From Vulcanimicrobiota bacterium (GTDB taxonomy: Bacteria > Vulcanimicrobiota > Vulcanimicrobiia > Vulcanimicrobiales > Vulcanimicrobiaceae): a DNA stretch of 64,000 nt. The notes beneath the pieces were generated by a model, which saw only the letters and a program-made list of their open reading frames with translations, made no database searches and was not told the origin of the DNA. Of the stretch, positions 49,288 to 59,117 are shown one piece after another (the stretch's first letter is position 1; every line of letters starts with the position of its first letter). A program made the translations under genes and the position numbers. The stretch spans positions 768,001 through 832,000 of the forward strand of contig CAWHWQ010000001.1 of NCBI GenBank assembly GCA_963833095.1, given 5' to 3'.

Positions 49288-50330
49288 TGGCCCACGGTGG
49301 CCGGAGTATCGACGTTGATCGGACGGCCTTGCTGATTCATCGACGTTGTAATGGCTTCCAGCGTGCGCACGATGCGCAATCCGCATTCTCCATCGACGAC
49401 TTCCGCCCGATCGCCGCGCAGAACATCGACGATGCCTTCCACTTCTGCGCGAAGCGCTTCGGTGTTGGGTAGTTTTGGAGCGAACATATCGCCGTCGCGG
49501 TACTCCACCAGCTTCTGATACACGTCTTCGCTGTTGGTGACACGCACGCCGCGATCGTAAATCCTGACCTTTTCCTGCACTGTATGTTCGTCGTAGACCA
49601 TCATCTGCTTGTCGCCGCAGAGGAGAATCTGGCGTATTTTCACCGGCGCAAGCCAGTTCACGTTGATGTGTGCGATAAAGCCATTTGGGTAATACAGGGT
49701 GACGTAGGCCAAATCCGCGAGATCGCCATAGTGCGCGACACCCGTACACGATACGCTCGACGGCACCATCCCGCTGAGCAGAAAATCGAGAATCGAGAGA
49801 TCGTGCGGAACCAGATCCCAGACGACGTCCACGTCGTGCTGAAAAATTCCAAGATTAATTCGAGTCGAATCGTAGTAAAGCAGCTCTCCCATGCTACCTG
49901 TTTGCACAAGTTCGCGCATTTTACGAACCGCCGGCGTAAAAACGAACGTATGGTCGACAAAGAGATTACGCCCTACCGAGCGCGCGAGGTTCACGAGTTT
50001 TTCTGCTTCCGCGACGCTCCCTGCGAGCGGCTTCTCCACAAGGACGTGCTTACCAACGTTGAGCGCCTTCTCTGCCAGCGCAAAATGCGAAGTAACCGGC
50101 GTCGCGATGGCGATGAGATCGATCTCAGGGTCCCGAAGCATAACGTCGTAGTCGGCGGTCACTCCGATCGATGGGTAAATTCGCGACACACCGGCGAGGC
50201 GTTCGGCACGCGCGTCGCATACCAATTTCACCCGCGCCTTATCGGACGCTAACGCCATGAAGTTGCGTACAAGATTGGGGCCCCAATATCCGTAACCAAC
50301 TATACCGACATTGATGAGTCGCCCACTCAT
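49284..50330 (-). CDS. Gfo/Idh/MocA oxidoreductase (WbpB/WlbA-like sugar dehydrogenase)
   Basis: Motifs VGYGYWGPNLVRNF, IATP, HVLVEKP, WDLVPHD. Confidence 0.88.
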   Translation of the reverse strand: MSGRLINVGIVGYGYWGPNLVRNFMALASDKARVKLVCDARAERLAGVSRIYPSIGVTADYDVMLRDPEIDLIAIATPVTSHFALAEKALNVGKHVLVEKPLAGSVAEAEKLVNLARSVGRNLFVDHTFVFTPAVRKMRELVQTGSMGELLYYDSTRINLGIFQHDVDVVWDLVPHDLSILDFLLSGMVPSSVSCTGVAHYGDLADLAYVTLYYPNGFIAHINVNWLAPVKIRQILLCGDKQMMVYDEHTVQEKVRIYDRGVRVTNSEDVYQKLVEYRDGDMFAPKLPNTEALRAEVEGIVDVLRGDRAEVVDGECGLRIVRTLEAITTSMNQQGRPINVDTPATVGQ

Positions 50331-51424
50331 TATGCGACCGCCTGGATTAGGTGCGCGGCAACATATTCCACCTGATCATCCGTCATTTCCGGGAAGATCG
50401 GGAGCGAGAGCTCTTCGCGCGCCACTCGTTCGGATTGCGGGAACGCCCCTTCGGAATAGCCCAACCCGGCGTACCCAGGCTGCAAGTGACATGGAATAGG
50501 GTAGTGGACGTTCGTTTCAATGCCGGCTTCAGAAAGCTTGACTCGGGCGGCGTCACGATTTTTCACGAGCACCGGATAGATGTGGTACGCAGATTCCGTA
50601 TCGCTAAGAAGCGTGGGCCGCTCGATCATCTCCAAGAGGGCATCGTACTGCGCTGCGACGCGACGCCGCTCGTTCGTCCAACCCTCGAGGTACCGCGTCT
50701 TGATATCGAGCACGGCTCCTTGGATACCCTCTAGTCGAAAGTTGAATCCGAGAACGTCATGCCGGTATTTCTCCCTGCTACCATGGTTACGGAGCAACCG
50801 CAATTGATCAGCAATTGCACCGTCGTCGGTGACAATCCCTCCGCCCTCGCCGCATGCGCCGAGATTTTTTCCTGGGTAAAAACTAAACGTAGCTGTTCCA
50901 CTTGCTCCGATCTTAGGGCTTCAGGTATCGCGCACCGTGAGCCTGCGAGGCGTCCTCGATAAGCACGAGATCGTGCTTTTTCGCAATCGCGCGAAGGGCA
51001 TCGAGATCGCACGGCTGCCCAAAGAGGTGCACGGGCAGAATCGCCTTCGTCCGTGGGGTGATCGCGGCTTCGACCGCGCGAACGTCAATCGTGTATGACG
51101 GCGCAGTTACGTCTAACGAAAACCGGCCTGCGCTCCCGTATACATGATCGCCGCTACTGTCGCGATGAACGTGTCGGCTTGAGTGATGACTTCGTCGCCC
51201 GAACCGACACCATAGGCAAGCAACGCCAAATGCAGCGCAGCCGTTCCGGTGTTCACTGCCACGCAATGCTCGGCACCACAAAATTCAGCGAAGTGACGTT
51301 CGAAAGCATCGACGCCCGGGCCAAGGACGAACGCATTTTTGTCGATAATAGCGCCGATCGCATCCATCAATTCGTCCCTTATCGCAGCATGCTGTGCGCT
51401 CAGGTCAACATAGGGGATACGCAT
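50330..51424 (-). pseudogene. DegT/DnrJ/EryC1/StrS aminotransferase, frameshifted (probably assembly indels)
   Basis: Pieces in different frames: MRIPYVDL...GTAALHLAL, PVHLFGQ...EDASQAHGA, and FSFYPGKNLGACGEGG...SLPIFP. Shifts at ~51113-51133 and ~50915. Confidence 0.85.
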
Positions 51425-51483
51425 TGAGGTGGGCGCGGCGGGCAATGTTGAGCCATATTTAACCTTTACCATAGGGGGAGCTG

Positions 51484-53057
51484 TTATGCGATCGGCACAT
51501 CGCGATTCTCCGGCGGAGCAATGATGTGCTTTTCGAACTTTGCGATGATGGTGCGCCAAGCAAGATCCAATTCCTCTACGCCGATGGCGCGCGACACGGC
51601 AATGAAAACCGCGCCGCCGATCGCGATCTGACCGAACAGGTACCACGCTCGCGACGAGAGCGTGGGTTCGGTATGAACGCCCAGTGCGTCGATCCAATGC
51701 AGCGAGGCATACATCGCAAGCGAAGCGACGAGCACTTTTGCCATCGACGTGAAAAGTGCGCCCCAGTCGATCCCGCGAACCAGTCGCGCCACTAGCCCGA
51801 GCAACAGCACGGCCTGGAGCATCTGACTCAGGCTATTGGCAAGAGCAGCCCTTTCGCTCCCAATGTCGGCAGCCATAGCATAGAGAGCATGACGTTAACG
51901 AGGACAGTAATGATCGAGATTGCCACCGGAATCGCCGTCTCGCGACATGCAAAGCAGCAGCGCGTCAAAACCACGTTCGCTGCCAGGGCAACAAGTCCAA
52001 TCGCCGCATATGGAAGCAGACTCGATGTGAGGTCGGTGGCCGCCGGTCCGAATGTGCCGCGTTCGAACAACGTCTGAACCATCGGGTGCCCGAGCACGAT
52101 CAGTGCACAGACCGACGGGATCGTAATGAAATTGACAAGCCTTAAGCCCGTAACGGCGCTACGGGCGACGCCATGCCGGTTCTCGCGCGCAAATTGCGCC
52201 GCCAATAGTGGAAAGATCACCGTAGCGATCGCCGCTGCGAAGATCTGCTGCGGAAAATTCACCAGCTTGGTGACATAGTTGATCCCAGCCATGTAGCCTG
52301 GCTGCAGCGTGGAAGCGAAAAAGCGATCGAAGAGCAGGGCAAGCTGTCCGGCGGCGCTCCCAATCACGATCGGGCCAAGCAAGGTCCACATCTTCGCGAG
52401 GCCCGGATGGTGCAGGTCGATTTTAAACCGGTATTTGCCAATCGCGAGGAACGACGGTAACTGCACCAGCATCTGCGCGAGCAGCCCCCAGAACGTCCCG
52501 AAAACGAGGGCGAAGATCCCGTACTTTGCATTGAGCGCCACAACACATACAATCGTCACCACGTTGAGCGCAATGCCCGTCAGCGCCGCGGAGCGAAAGC
52601 GATGATACGCATTGAGCATGGCCGAGAACACACCGGAGAGACTGACTGCGATGATGCTTGGCATCAACGTGCGCGTCATGTGAATAGCCACACCCATCTG
52701 CGGAGCCGGAAACCCGTGGGCGATGATCGGCACGTACCAGGGTGCAGCAAGGTAGCCTATGACAGCGGCCAACGTCAACACGATGGCTAGACTATTGACG
52801 ATTGTGTTGCCAAGCGCCCAGGCATCGTCCTCGTGTCCGTGCGTGATGTACTCGGAAAAGGTCGGCACGAGCGCACTCACAAGCGCGCCATTAAAGACCC
52901 CAAACAGGATCGTTGGGATGGTTGCCGCCGCGAGAAACGTGTCCATCTCCCAACGCGTCCCGTAGAATTGCGCGTTGACCACCTCGCGAAAGAACCCCAG
53001 GATCGTCGACGCGAGCGTGGCACCCATGACAAAAAGCGTCGAAAGCGCGACGGACAT
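51484..53057 (-). pseudogene. murJ: MurJ/MviN-family flippase, frameshifted near 51842 (probably an assembly indel)
   Basis: LGFFREVV, GALVSALVPTF, TLFERGTF. GAKGLLL continues as ANSLSQMLQ in the shifted frame. Confidence 0.8.
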
Positions 53058-53100
53058 GCGCGGATGACGCTGCGGGCGTGGAACGACGCGAAGGCGCGAA

Positions 53101-53742
53101 TTAATGCGCGCCGTCCTTGCGCAAGACAGCCGGAATGGTTCGCACTACTATTGCGAGATCACTCAGCGGAGTCCACGTGTCAACGTAATGGTTATCGAGC
53201 TGCATCCAGTGCTCGAACGACACATCACTGCGCCCGTTGATCTGCCACAGACATGTGACGCCTTGTGGAACGAGGAGCCGCCGGCGCGCCGCGTTGTCAT
53301 AGTGCTCGATTTCGCATGGCAGCGCCGGCCGCGGCCCGACCAACGAGATGTCACCAAGGACAACGTTGATCAGATTCGGGAGCTCGTCGATGCTCGTGCG
53401 GCGCAGCAGCCCTCCCAGCGGATGTAGACGCGGATCCTTGCGAATCTTGAAGACGGGTCCGTCGACTTCATTGAGATGCATCAACTGATCGCGCAGCTCG
53501 TGCGCGTTTTTTACCATCGTGCGCAGCTTGAAAATCTTGAAGCGGCGGCCGTGTTGCCCCACGCGCTCCTGCGCGAAGACCGGCGAACCGCCCGTGACCA
53601 GAACGATGCCGAACGCCGCGATTGCGATGAACGGCGTCGCTAGCAGCAGCAGCACCAGGCCGAGAACGAGGTCGATTGCGCGCTTGAGCGTCCACCACCA
53701 CTTCGGTACCGCACGTTCCGAGACGCGAATTGCAGCTTGCAT
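53101..53742 (-). CDS. bacterial sugar transferase (priming undecaprenyl-P glycosyl-1-P transferase)
   Basis: Motifs LKRAID, FKLRTM, DPRLHPLG, SIDELPNL, LVGPRP, WQINGRS. Confidence 0.92.
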   Translation of the reverse strand: MQAAIRVSERAVPKWWWTLKRAIDLVLGLVLLLLATPFIAIAAFGIVLVTGGSPVFAQERVGQHGRRFKIFKLRTMVKNAHELRDQLMHLNEVDGPVFKIRKDPRLHPLGGLLRRTSIDELPNLINVVLGDISLVGPRPALPCEIEHYDNAARRRLLVPQGVTCLWQINGRSDVSFEHWMQLDNHYVDTWTPLSDLAIVVRTIPAVLRKDGAH

Positions 53743-53747
53743 TCGCG

Positions 53748-54864
53748 CTATACCCCGAACGCGTCGAGCACGGTCTTGCCGACGGTGTCGAGCCCTTCGA
53801 GCTCACCAAGAATCGCGCCCGGCTGCGGTCCGAGATGGACGAACGGAACGTACTCACGGGTATGGTCGCTTCCCGGCGCCGTTGGATCGCAGCCGTGATC
53901 GGCGGTAAAAATCACTTGGTCTTCGGGCCCCATGAGTTGTTCCAGCCGCGGCAAAAGCGCATCGAGCGACTCGAGTGCATCGGCATAGCCGCGTACGTTG
54001 CGACGGTGCCCGTACTTTGAATCGAAATCGTTGAGGTTCGTGAAGATGAATCCATGGTCGACTCGCTCGAGCAGATCGAAGGTCTTCTCCATCGCATCGC
54101 GATTGTCGCTCACCCTTACCGACGATGTGATGCCGTGCCCACAGTAGATATCGCAGATTTTCCCGACGGCGTGCACTTCGACACCGGCGGCGGACAGCCG
54201 ATCGAGGACGCTGGGCGGCGGTTCGATCGCATAGTCGCGCCGATTCGGCGTTCGCGTGAAGGCACCCGGCTTGCCCACGAACGGCCGAGCGATCACTCGG
54301 TTCACGTTGTTCGGCTCAATCAGCATTGCGCGCGCCCGTTCGCACCACTCGTACAGCGTCGTCAGAGGGATCACCTCTTCGTGGGCGGCGACCTGAAACA
54401 CCGAGTCGGCCGAGGTGTAGAGTATCGGCCGCCCTGTCGCGATATGCTCGGGTCCGAGCCGATCGATGATCTCGGTCCCGGATGCGGGCAAGTTTCCTAG
54501 CGGCGCCTTTCCGGTAATTCGCGTAAACGCCTCAATGACGTCGATCCGGAAAGCCGTCAGGATAGGTGGGAAATGGCACGACGGTAATGATTCCCGCCAT
54601 CTCCCAATGACCGGTGATCGTGTCTTTCCCCCGGCTGCGTTCGCGCAGTCGCGCCACGCGTGCCGTGGGGCGCTGCACCGGCGCCACGCCCACCATCGGC
54701 GTGAGGTGACCCAGACCCAGCCGTTCGAACGAAGGCAACGCTAGGCCGCCGACACGCCGGGCAACATTTCCAAGCGTATTCGCACCAGCCGCATCCCCGT
54801 ACTCCGTGAAGTCCGGAAGCGCTCCCACGCCGCCGGAGTCCAAAACAATGGTTACAATTCGCAT
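53748..54864 (-). pseudogene. deoB: phosphopentomutase, frameshifted near 54546 (probably an assembly indel)
   Basis: IVLDSGGVG and GKDTITGHWE, then in a shifted frame ASGTEII, YTSADSVFQVAAHE, YGHRRN, TADHGCDP, HTREYVP. Confidence 0.9.
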
Positions 54865-54990
54865 ATAAGCCAAAAACGGCGTTTCGGCTTACCGGAAACG
54901 CAGTCTTTCCTCAAAAGTATAGGTAGAAACGCCCAATGCATACGTTATACAAGGATGAGAGTCCGCGGGAACTGCGAAAACGGGGTACGC

Positions 54991-56781
54991 TTGCGATATC
55001 TACCGTTCCTTATTGTTGCCTTAATTCTGTTCGCGCCCACGCCGGGCATTGCGCAGACGAAACCGGCGCCCTCACCGGCGCCAAGGGCGACACCGGCACC
55101 TCCGGCAACCGTGGTCCGGCTACGCGCGGATCACATCGAGTTCTACTACGATCGCTACCTAATCGAGGCGGACGGGCACGTGCAGGTGCAAACAAGCAAC
55201 GGCATGGCCATTAGTGGCGACACCTTTTCGATGGATCTGAAGCTCAATCGCTTCCTTGTGGCGAGCCACGTGCATCTTCGAAGCCGCGGCGGGAACCTCG
55301 ACGGCGCTGCGATCGCCGATCTACTGGATTTCAACCGCATCTATTTCGTGCCCGTCATCAGCAAGCCCGACCGCTGGACCTACGAGAACAGCGACTTCAC
55401 CGACCCGCTCAAAGGCCGGCAGATGCCCGGCGACGTTTTCTACTTTCCCGACGTCAGCAAGACGACCGTGAGCCTCTCGGCAAAGTCGGCGACGATAGAA
55501 GCCAAACAGTTCGTTCGCTTCGCCGGTGTACGCACGTACTTCTTTCATCAAGACGTACCACTTCCGTCTTACTACGTCTACTTCGGCCTAAGCCAAAATC
55601 TCGCACAAAACTCTCTCTCGGGCGCGAATCTTGACGCAACCTGGAACGCGACCGGCAACGCCTACTCGGTGACCGCATTTCACTTGCGGTACGATGCCTT
55701 TAACCATGCCTATGTCGCCTTCGAACAACACCTCGGCGGACTTGGCCAGCACGAGTATGCCGTGTTTTCGATTAACCCGCTTACGAAGGACGACAAATAC
55801 TGGAATCTCGTTACCGGCGAGCATATAGGATCAAAGTTCGAGATATCCACGTTCACGCAGCTCTATACGTACCAGCATTGGTTTTCCGATCCCAGCGCAT
55901 CCGCGCAGACGACCTACGTTACCATGACACAAGCGCTTAACCGGTCATATCTGCAAGCCTACTTCAACCAAACGAACTACAACATGATCGGCCCGAAAGC
56001 TGCGGCCTCTCCAAATCACCCGAATTCGCTGCAACTCAGCGCCAACTCATACAATGATCAGATATTCAAAACGCCGCTGTATTTTCAGACTAGCTTTGGG
56101 CTTGGCTTCAATCATGACGCCTATGGGCTTCAGAACTACAACGGGGTTCTCTACACCACCATCTGGAATCAGGTCGTAGGCGTCACCGTGTCGCTGCCCA
56201 ATGTCAAAATTGGGGACCGCGACAAGCCCTATGATCTCTACTACGTTAATGCATCCATCAATTCGTCGCGTACGTGGAACAGCGTTCCCCATCACATCAA
56301 CTCCCAGAACACGACCATAAGCCTCAGCCGCCAATTCTCGAAGTTCGTGAACAGCTATCTTGCTTACAATATCCAAAACACGAGCGACCTGTACTTGCAA
56401 GGCGGGTACGAATCGTCGGCACCGCTTCTGCCAGACGGCACGCCGTATACGCCGTTCGAATCGTTTCGCGGCGCGGCTACACAGCGCACCCTCGCACTTG
56501 GCACCACGTACTCGGCCTCACCCAATTTGGTGACGACTGTGACCTTTGGACATCACGACGATTTTCCGGCGGCCTACCCCGGATTATTCGCTCCCCCTCC
56601 CACAAACGCGATCGGCCAATACACGTACACGAACTACCTCGGGCAGCCGCCGTGGCAACTCAACGCCGAGGTGCGGGTACGGATCGAACCTCATCTCGTG
56701 CTCGATTTGCAGCGCACATATTACTTCCACTTCGGAAGCCAGATTTGGAGCCCGACCTTCGTGGTACAGTTGAGCGGATGA
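54991..56781 (+). CDS. LptD/OstA-like outer-membrane protein (putative)
   Basis: Signal peptide, Pro-rich linker, beta-jellyroll-like LRADHIEFYY...IEADGHVQV, then Y/N/T-rich amphipathic strands. The ORF is open from 54955. Confidence 0.55.
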   Translation: MRYLPFLIVALILFAPTPGIAQTKPAPSPAPRATPAPPATVVRLRADHIEFYYDRYLIEADGHVQVQTSNGMAISGDTFSMDLKLNRFLVASHVHLRSRGGNLDGAAIADLLDFNRIYFVPVISKPDRWTYENSDFTDPLKGRQMPGDVFYFPDVSKTTVSLSAKSATIEAKQFVRFAGVRTYFFHQDVPLPSYYVYFGLSQNLAQNSLSGANLDATWNATGNAYSVTAFHLRYDAFNHAYVAFEQHLGGLGQHEYAVFSINPLTKDDKYWNLVTGEHIGSKFEISTFTQLYTYQHWFSDPSASAQTTYVTMTQALNRSYLQAYFNQTNYNMIGPKAAASPNHPNSLQLSANSYNDQIFKTPLYFQTSFGLGFNHDAYGLQNYNGVLYTTIWNQVVGVTVSLPNVKIGDRDKPYDLYYVNASINSSRTWNSVPHHINSQNTTISLSRQFSKFVNSYLAYNIQNTSDLYLQGGYESSAPLLPDGTPYTPFESFRGAATQRTLALGTTYSASPNLVTTVTFGHHDDFPAAYPGLFAPPPTNAIGQYTYTNYLGQPPWQLNAEVRVRIEPHLVLDLQRTYYFHFGSQIWSPTFVVQLSG

Positions 56782-57593
56782 TGAGGATGCGCCATCGTCT
56801 GAGTTCCCTTCTGTGCATACTGATTCTCATCGCGGCTGCTGCCCCCGTTACGATTACCGGGCAACTGCTCGCCTATCAGGACGGATTCGTCTTTTTCACG
56901 ACCGGCGACGGCTTTCGTCTTGCGCCCGACGTCACTATTCTCGACGACCGGACGAAGCAGCCCGCAAAGCGCGCTCCAAAGCCGCGCGACTACGCGCGCG
57001 CCGTCTTTAACGATGCGGGCCAAGTCGTGGAGATCGATCTCGCCGAAAAGCCATATCCCGTCGGGCCGTTGCCGGACGACGCGCAAGCCTTTGCCGTCAC
57101 GGCGTCGTCGCCGTATCCGAATCCCGAGCTGGCCGGACCTCCGCGCACCACCTCGAACGGTGTACCCGAGACGTTCAGCGGAAAGCTCGTGCTGGTCAAG
57201 TTCGAGGTGCAAGTACCGCCGACCACGCCGATCAACGCCGAGATCTTCATCGCGACGGACCAATCCGGCTGGAATCCACAGGCGATCCAAATGCAACGCA
57301 TTGACGCATTGCACTTCGTGGTTGTCCGGGAAATGGCGTCGGGTACGATTCTCCATTATCTGTATACGCGTGGAACGCTGCAAACCGAGGAGACGGGGCC
57401 CAACGGACTTTCGCTTCGGCCGCGCGCGTTGTCTGTCAACGATTCCGACACCAACTCGACCAACAGCATCGTAGCGTCGTGGGCCGACGCGAATGCAAAC
57501 AATATCCTCCAACAGCCCTCGGTCTTCCCGACGCCCTATAATCCGGCACCGTTCCCGAACCTCCCGAACGGAACGCGGACCCCTCACCCCTAG
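56778..57593 (+). CDS. secreted hypothetical protein with a CBM20-like domain
   Basis: Signal peptide; VKFEVQVPPTTP...IFIATDQSGWNP...HYLYTRG. Overlaps the upstream stop (ATGA). Confidence 0.6.
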   Translation: MMRMRHRLSSLLCILILIAAAAPVTITGQLLAYQDGFVFFTTGDGFRLAPDVTILDDRTKQPAKRAPKPRDYARAVFNDAGQVVEIDLAEKPYPVGPLPDDAQAFAVTASSPYPNPELAGPPRTTSNGVPETFSGKLVLVKFEVQVPPTTPINAEIFIATDQSGWNPQAIQMQRIDALHFVVVREMASGTILHYLYTRGTLQTEETGPNGLSLRPRALSVNDSDTNSTNSIVASWADANANNILQQPSVFPTPYNPAPFPNLPNGTRTPHP

Positions 57594-57599
57594 AACCAT

Positions 57600-58136
57600 C
57601 TACTGCACGGTAATTGGGATCACGCGCTCGACGGCTACGCCGGCGGTGTTGCGCGCCACCAGCGTCATCGGATACGTGCCACGCACGAAGAACGGAACGT
57701 TCGGCACAACGTAGTTGAGGGCAAAACGGCCGACCCCGACCTTCGGCACGCTGATGGAAAACGTTGCGATTCGAGCTTCGACGCTTGCGACGTTCGAAGA
57801 GGTCACGACCGTGCCGGAAATCGTATCGCCTGAATGCACGGTCTGGTTGTTGATGTGCACCGCCACGATGAGCGGTGCCGCATTTGGCGACGCCGTAACA
57901 ATGGGTTCGAGCGAGGGCGTCGGCGACGGTTGGGGCGACGGCGTTACGGCAATGCGCGTCGGGGCGGCGCTCGGCGCGCCGGCGGGCGGCGCGGGCGTAC
58001 GCTGTGTGGCGTGTAGTGGCGTTGGTGTGACTGCCGGGCCCGCAGTGAGCGCCGCGCGTGGGGCCGGCGCATGGTTCGCGCATGCCGCGAGCGCCACAAG
58101 AAAGGCTGCGGCTGCTAATGCCGAGAGTCGCTTCAT
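57600..58136 (-). CDS. lipoprotein with Pro/Thr/Ala linker and a beta-rich domain
   Basis: Lipobox MKRLSALAAAAFLVALAAC; PSPQPSPTPS linker. Confidence 0.7.
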   Translation of the reverse strand: MKRLSALAAAAFLVALAACANHAPAPRAALTAGPAVTPTPLHATQRTPAPPAGAPSAAPTRIAVTPSPQPSPTPSLEPIVTASPNAAPLIVAVHINNQTVHSGDTISGTVVTSSNVASVEARIATFSISVPKVGVGRFALNYVVPNVPFFVRGTYPMTLVARNTAGVAVERVIPITVQ

Positions 58137-58175
58137 TTTAGAGGTGATTCTCGCTCGCGTCGAACCTCTCCGGTC

Positions 58176-59117
58176 ATGCCGGTTCTCAGCATCGTCGTTC
58201 CGCTGTACAACGAGGAAGGCAACGTTGCCCCTCTCGTCGAGCGCATCATTGCGATTGCCGAGCGTTTGGAAGGCGGTCCTTCCTATGAGATCGTCCTGGT
58301 AAACGACGGCAGCACCGATCGCACGCTCGAACGCATTCGCGATGAGTTGGCGCGACGCGAGCATATCGTCATGGTCAACCTCTCGCGCAATTTCGGTCAT
58401 CAGCTCGCGGCCTCGGCGGGCATGGACATCGCTGCCGGCGACGCGGTGATCTTGATGGACGGCGATCTCCAAGACCCACCCGAGCTTATCGCGGAGTTTG
58501 TCGCGAAATGGCGCGAAGGCTACGACGTCGTGTACGCCGTTCGGCGCACGCGCAAGGGTGAGAGCCCTTTCAAGTTGTTTACGGCCCGGCTCTTCTACCG
58601 GGTCATCAAACGCCTCACCAAAGTTTCGATTCCGGTCGACACGGGCGATTTTCGTCTCATGAGCCGGCGCGTGGTCGAGGCGCTCAAGCGATCGCCCGAA
58701 CGTCACCGATTCCTTCGCGGCATGGTGAGCTGGGTTGGTTACAATCAAGTCGGCATCGACTACGACCGCGATGAGCGCCACTCGGGCAGTACGAAGTATC
58801 CCGTAACGAAGATGCTGCGCTTTGCCATCGACGGCATCACGTCGTTTTCGGATGTGCCGCTGCGCTTTGCATCGTATCTCGGTTTTATCTCCAGCGCCGT
58901 CGCATTTCTGTATGCGCTGGTCGTCATCGCCTACAAGCTTTTTAGCCTCAATCCCCCGGGCTACACGCCGGGTTGGGCGTCAACGATCGTTGCCGTCCTG
59001 TTCTTGGGCGGCGTGCAGTTGATCAGCTTGGGAATTCTGGGCGAATATATCGGGCGCATCTACGACGAAGTCAAAGGTCGCCCACTGTATCTGATCAGCG
59101 ACGTCGAGCGCAGTTAA
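58176..59117 (+). CDS. GtrB/YkoT-like GT2 bactoprenol glycosyltransferase
   Basis: Motifs LSRNFGHQLA, MDGDLQDPPELI, DTGDFRLMSR, two C-terminal TMs, GEYIGRIY. Confidence 0.9.
   Translation: MPVLSIVVPLYNEEGNVAPLVERIIAIAERLEGGPSYEIVLVNDGSTDRTLERIRDELARREHIVMVNLSRNFGHQLAASAGMDIAAGDAVILMDGDLQDPPELIAEFVAKWREGYDVVYAVRRTRKGESPFKLFTARLFYRVIKRLTKVSIPVDTGDFRLMSRRVVEALKRSPERHRFLRGMVSWVGYNQVGIDYDRDERHSGSTKYPVTKMLRFAIDGITSFSDVPLRFASYLGFISSAVAFLYALVVIAYKLFSLNPPGYTPGWASTIVAVLFLGGVQLISLGILGEYIGRIYDEVKGRPLYLISDVERS

Noticed and set aside
46094..49749. Long N-terminal extensions in the ORF track (e.g. to 47932 and 49749; also 1727, 15552, 31680, 58781)
   Set aside because: They overlap neighbouring well-supported genes and lack homology-like sequence, so starts were moved to the first plausible codon of each domain.
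28008..53742. Island as a prophage, ICE or transposon
   Set aside because: No integrase, transposase, tRNA target or flanking direct repeats seen. The compositional shift was judged by eye only.
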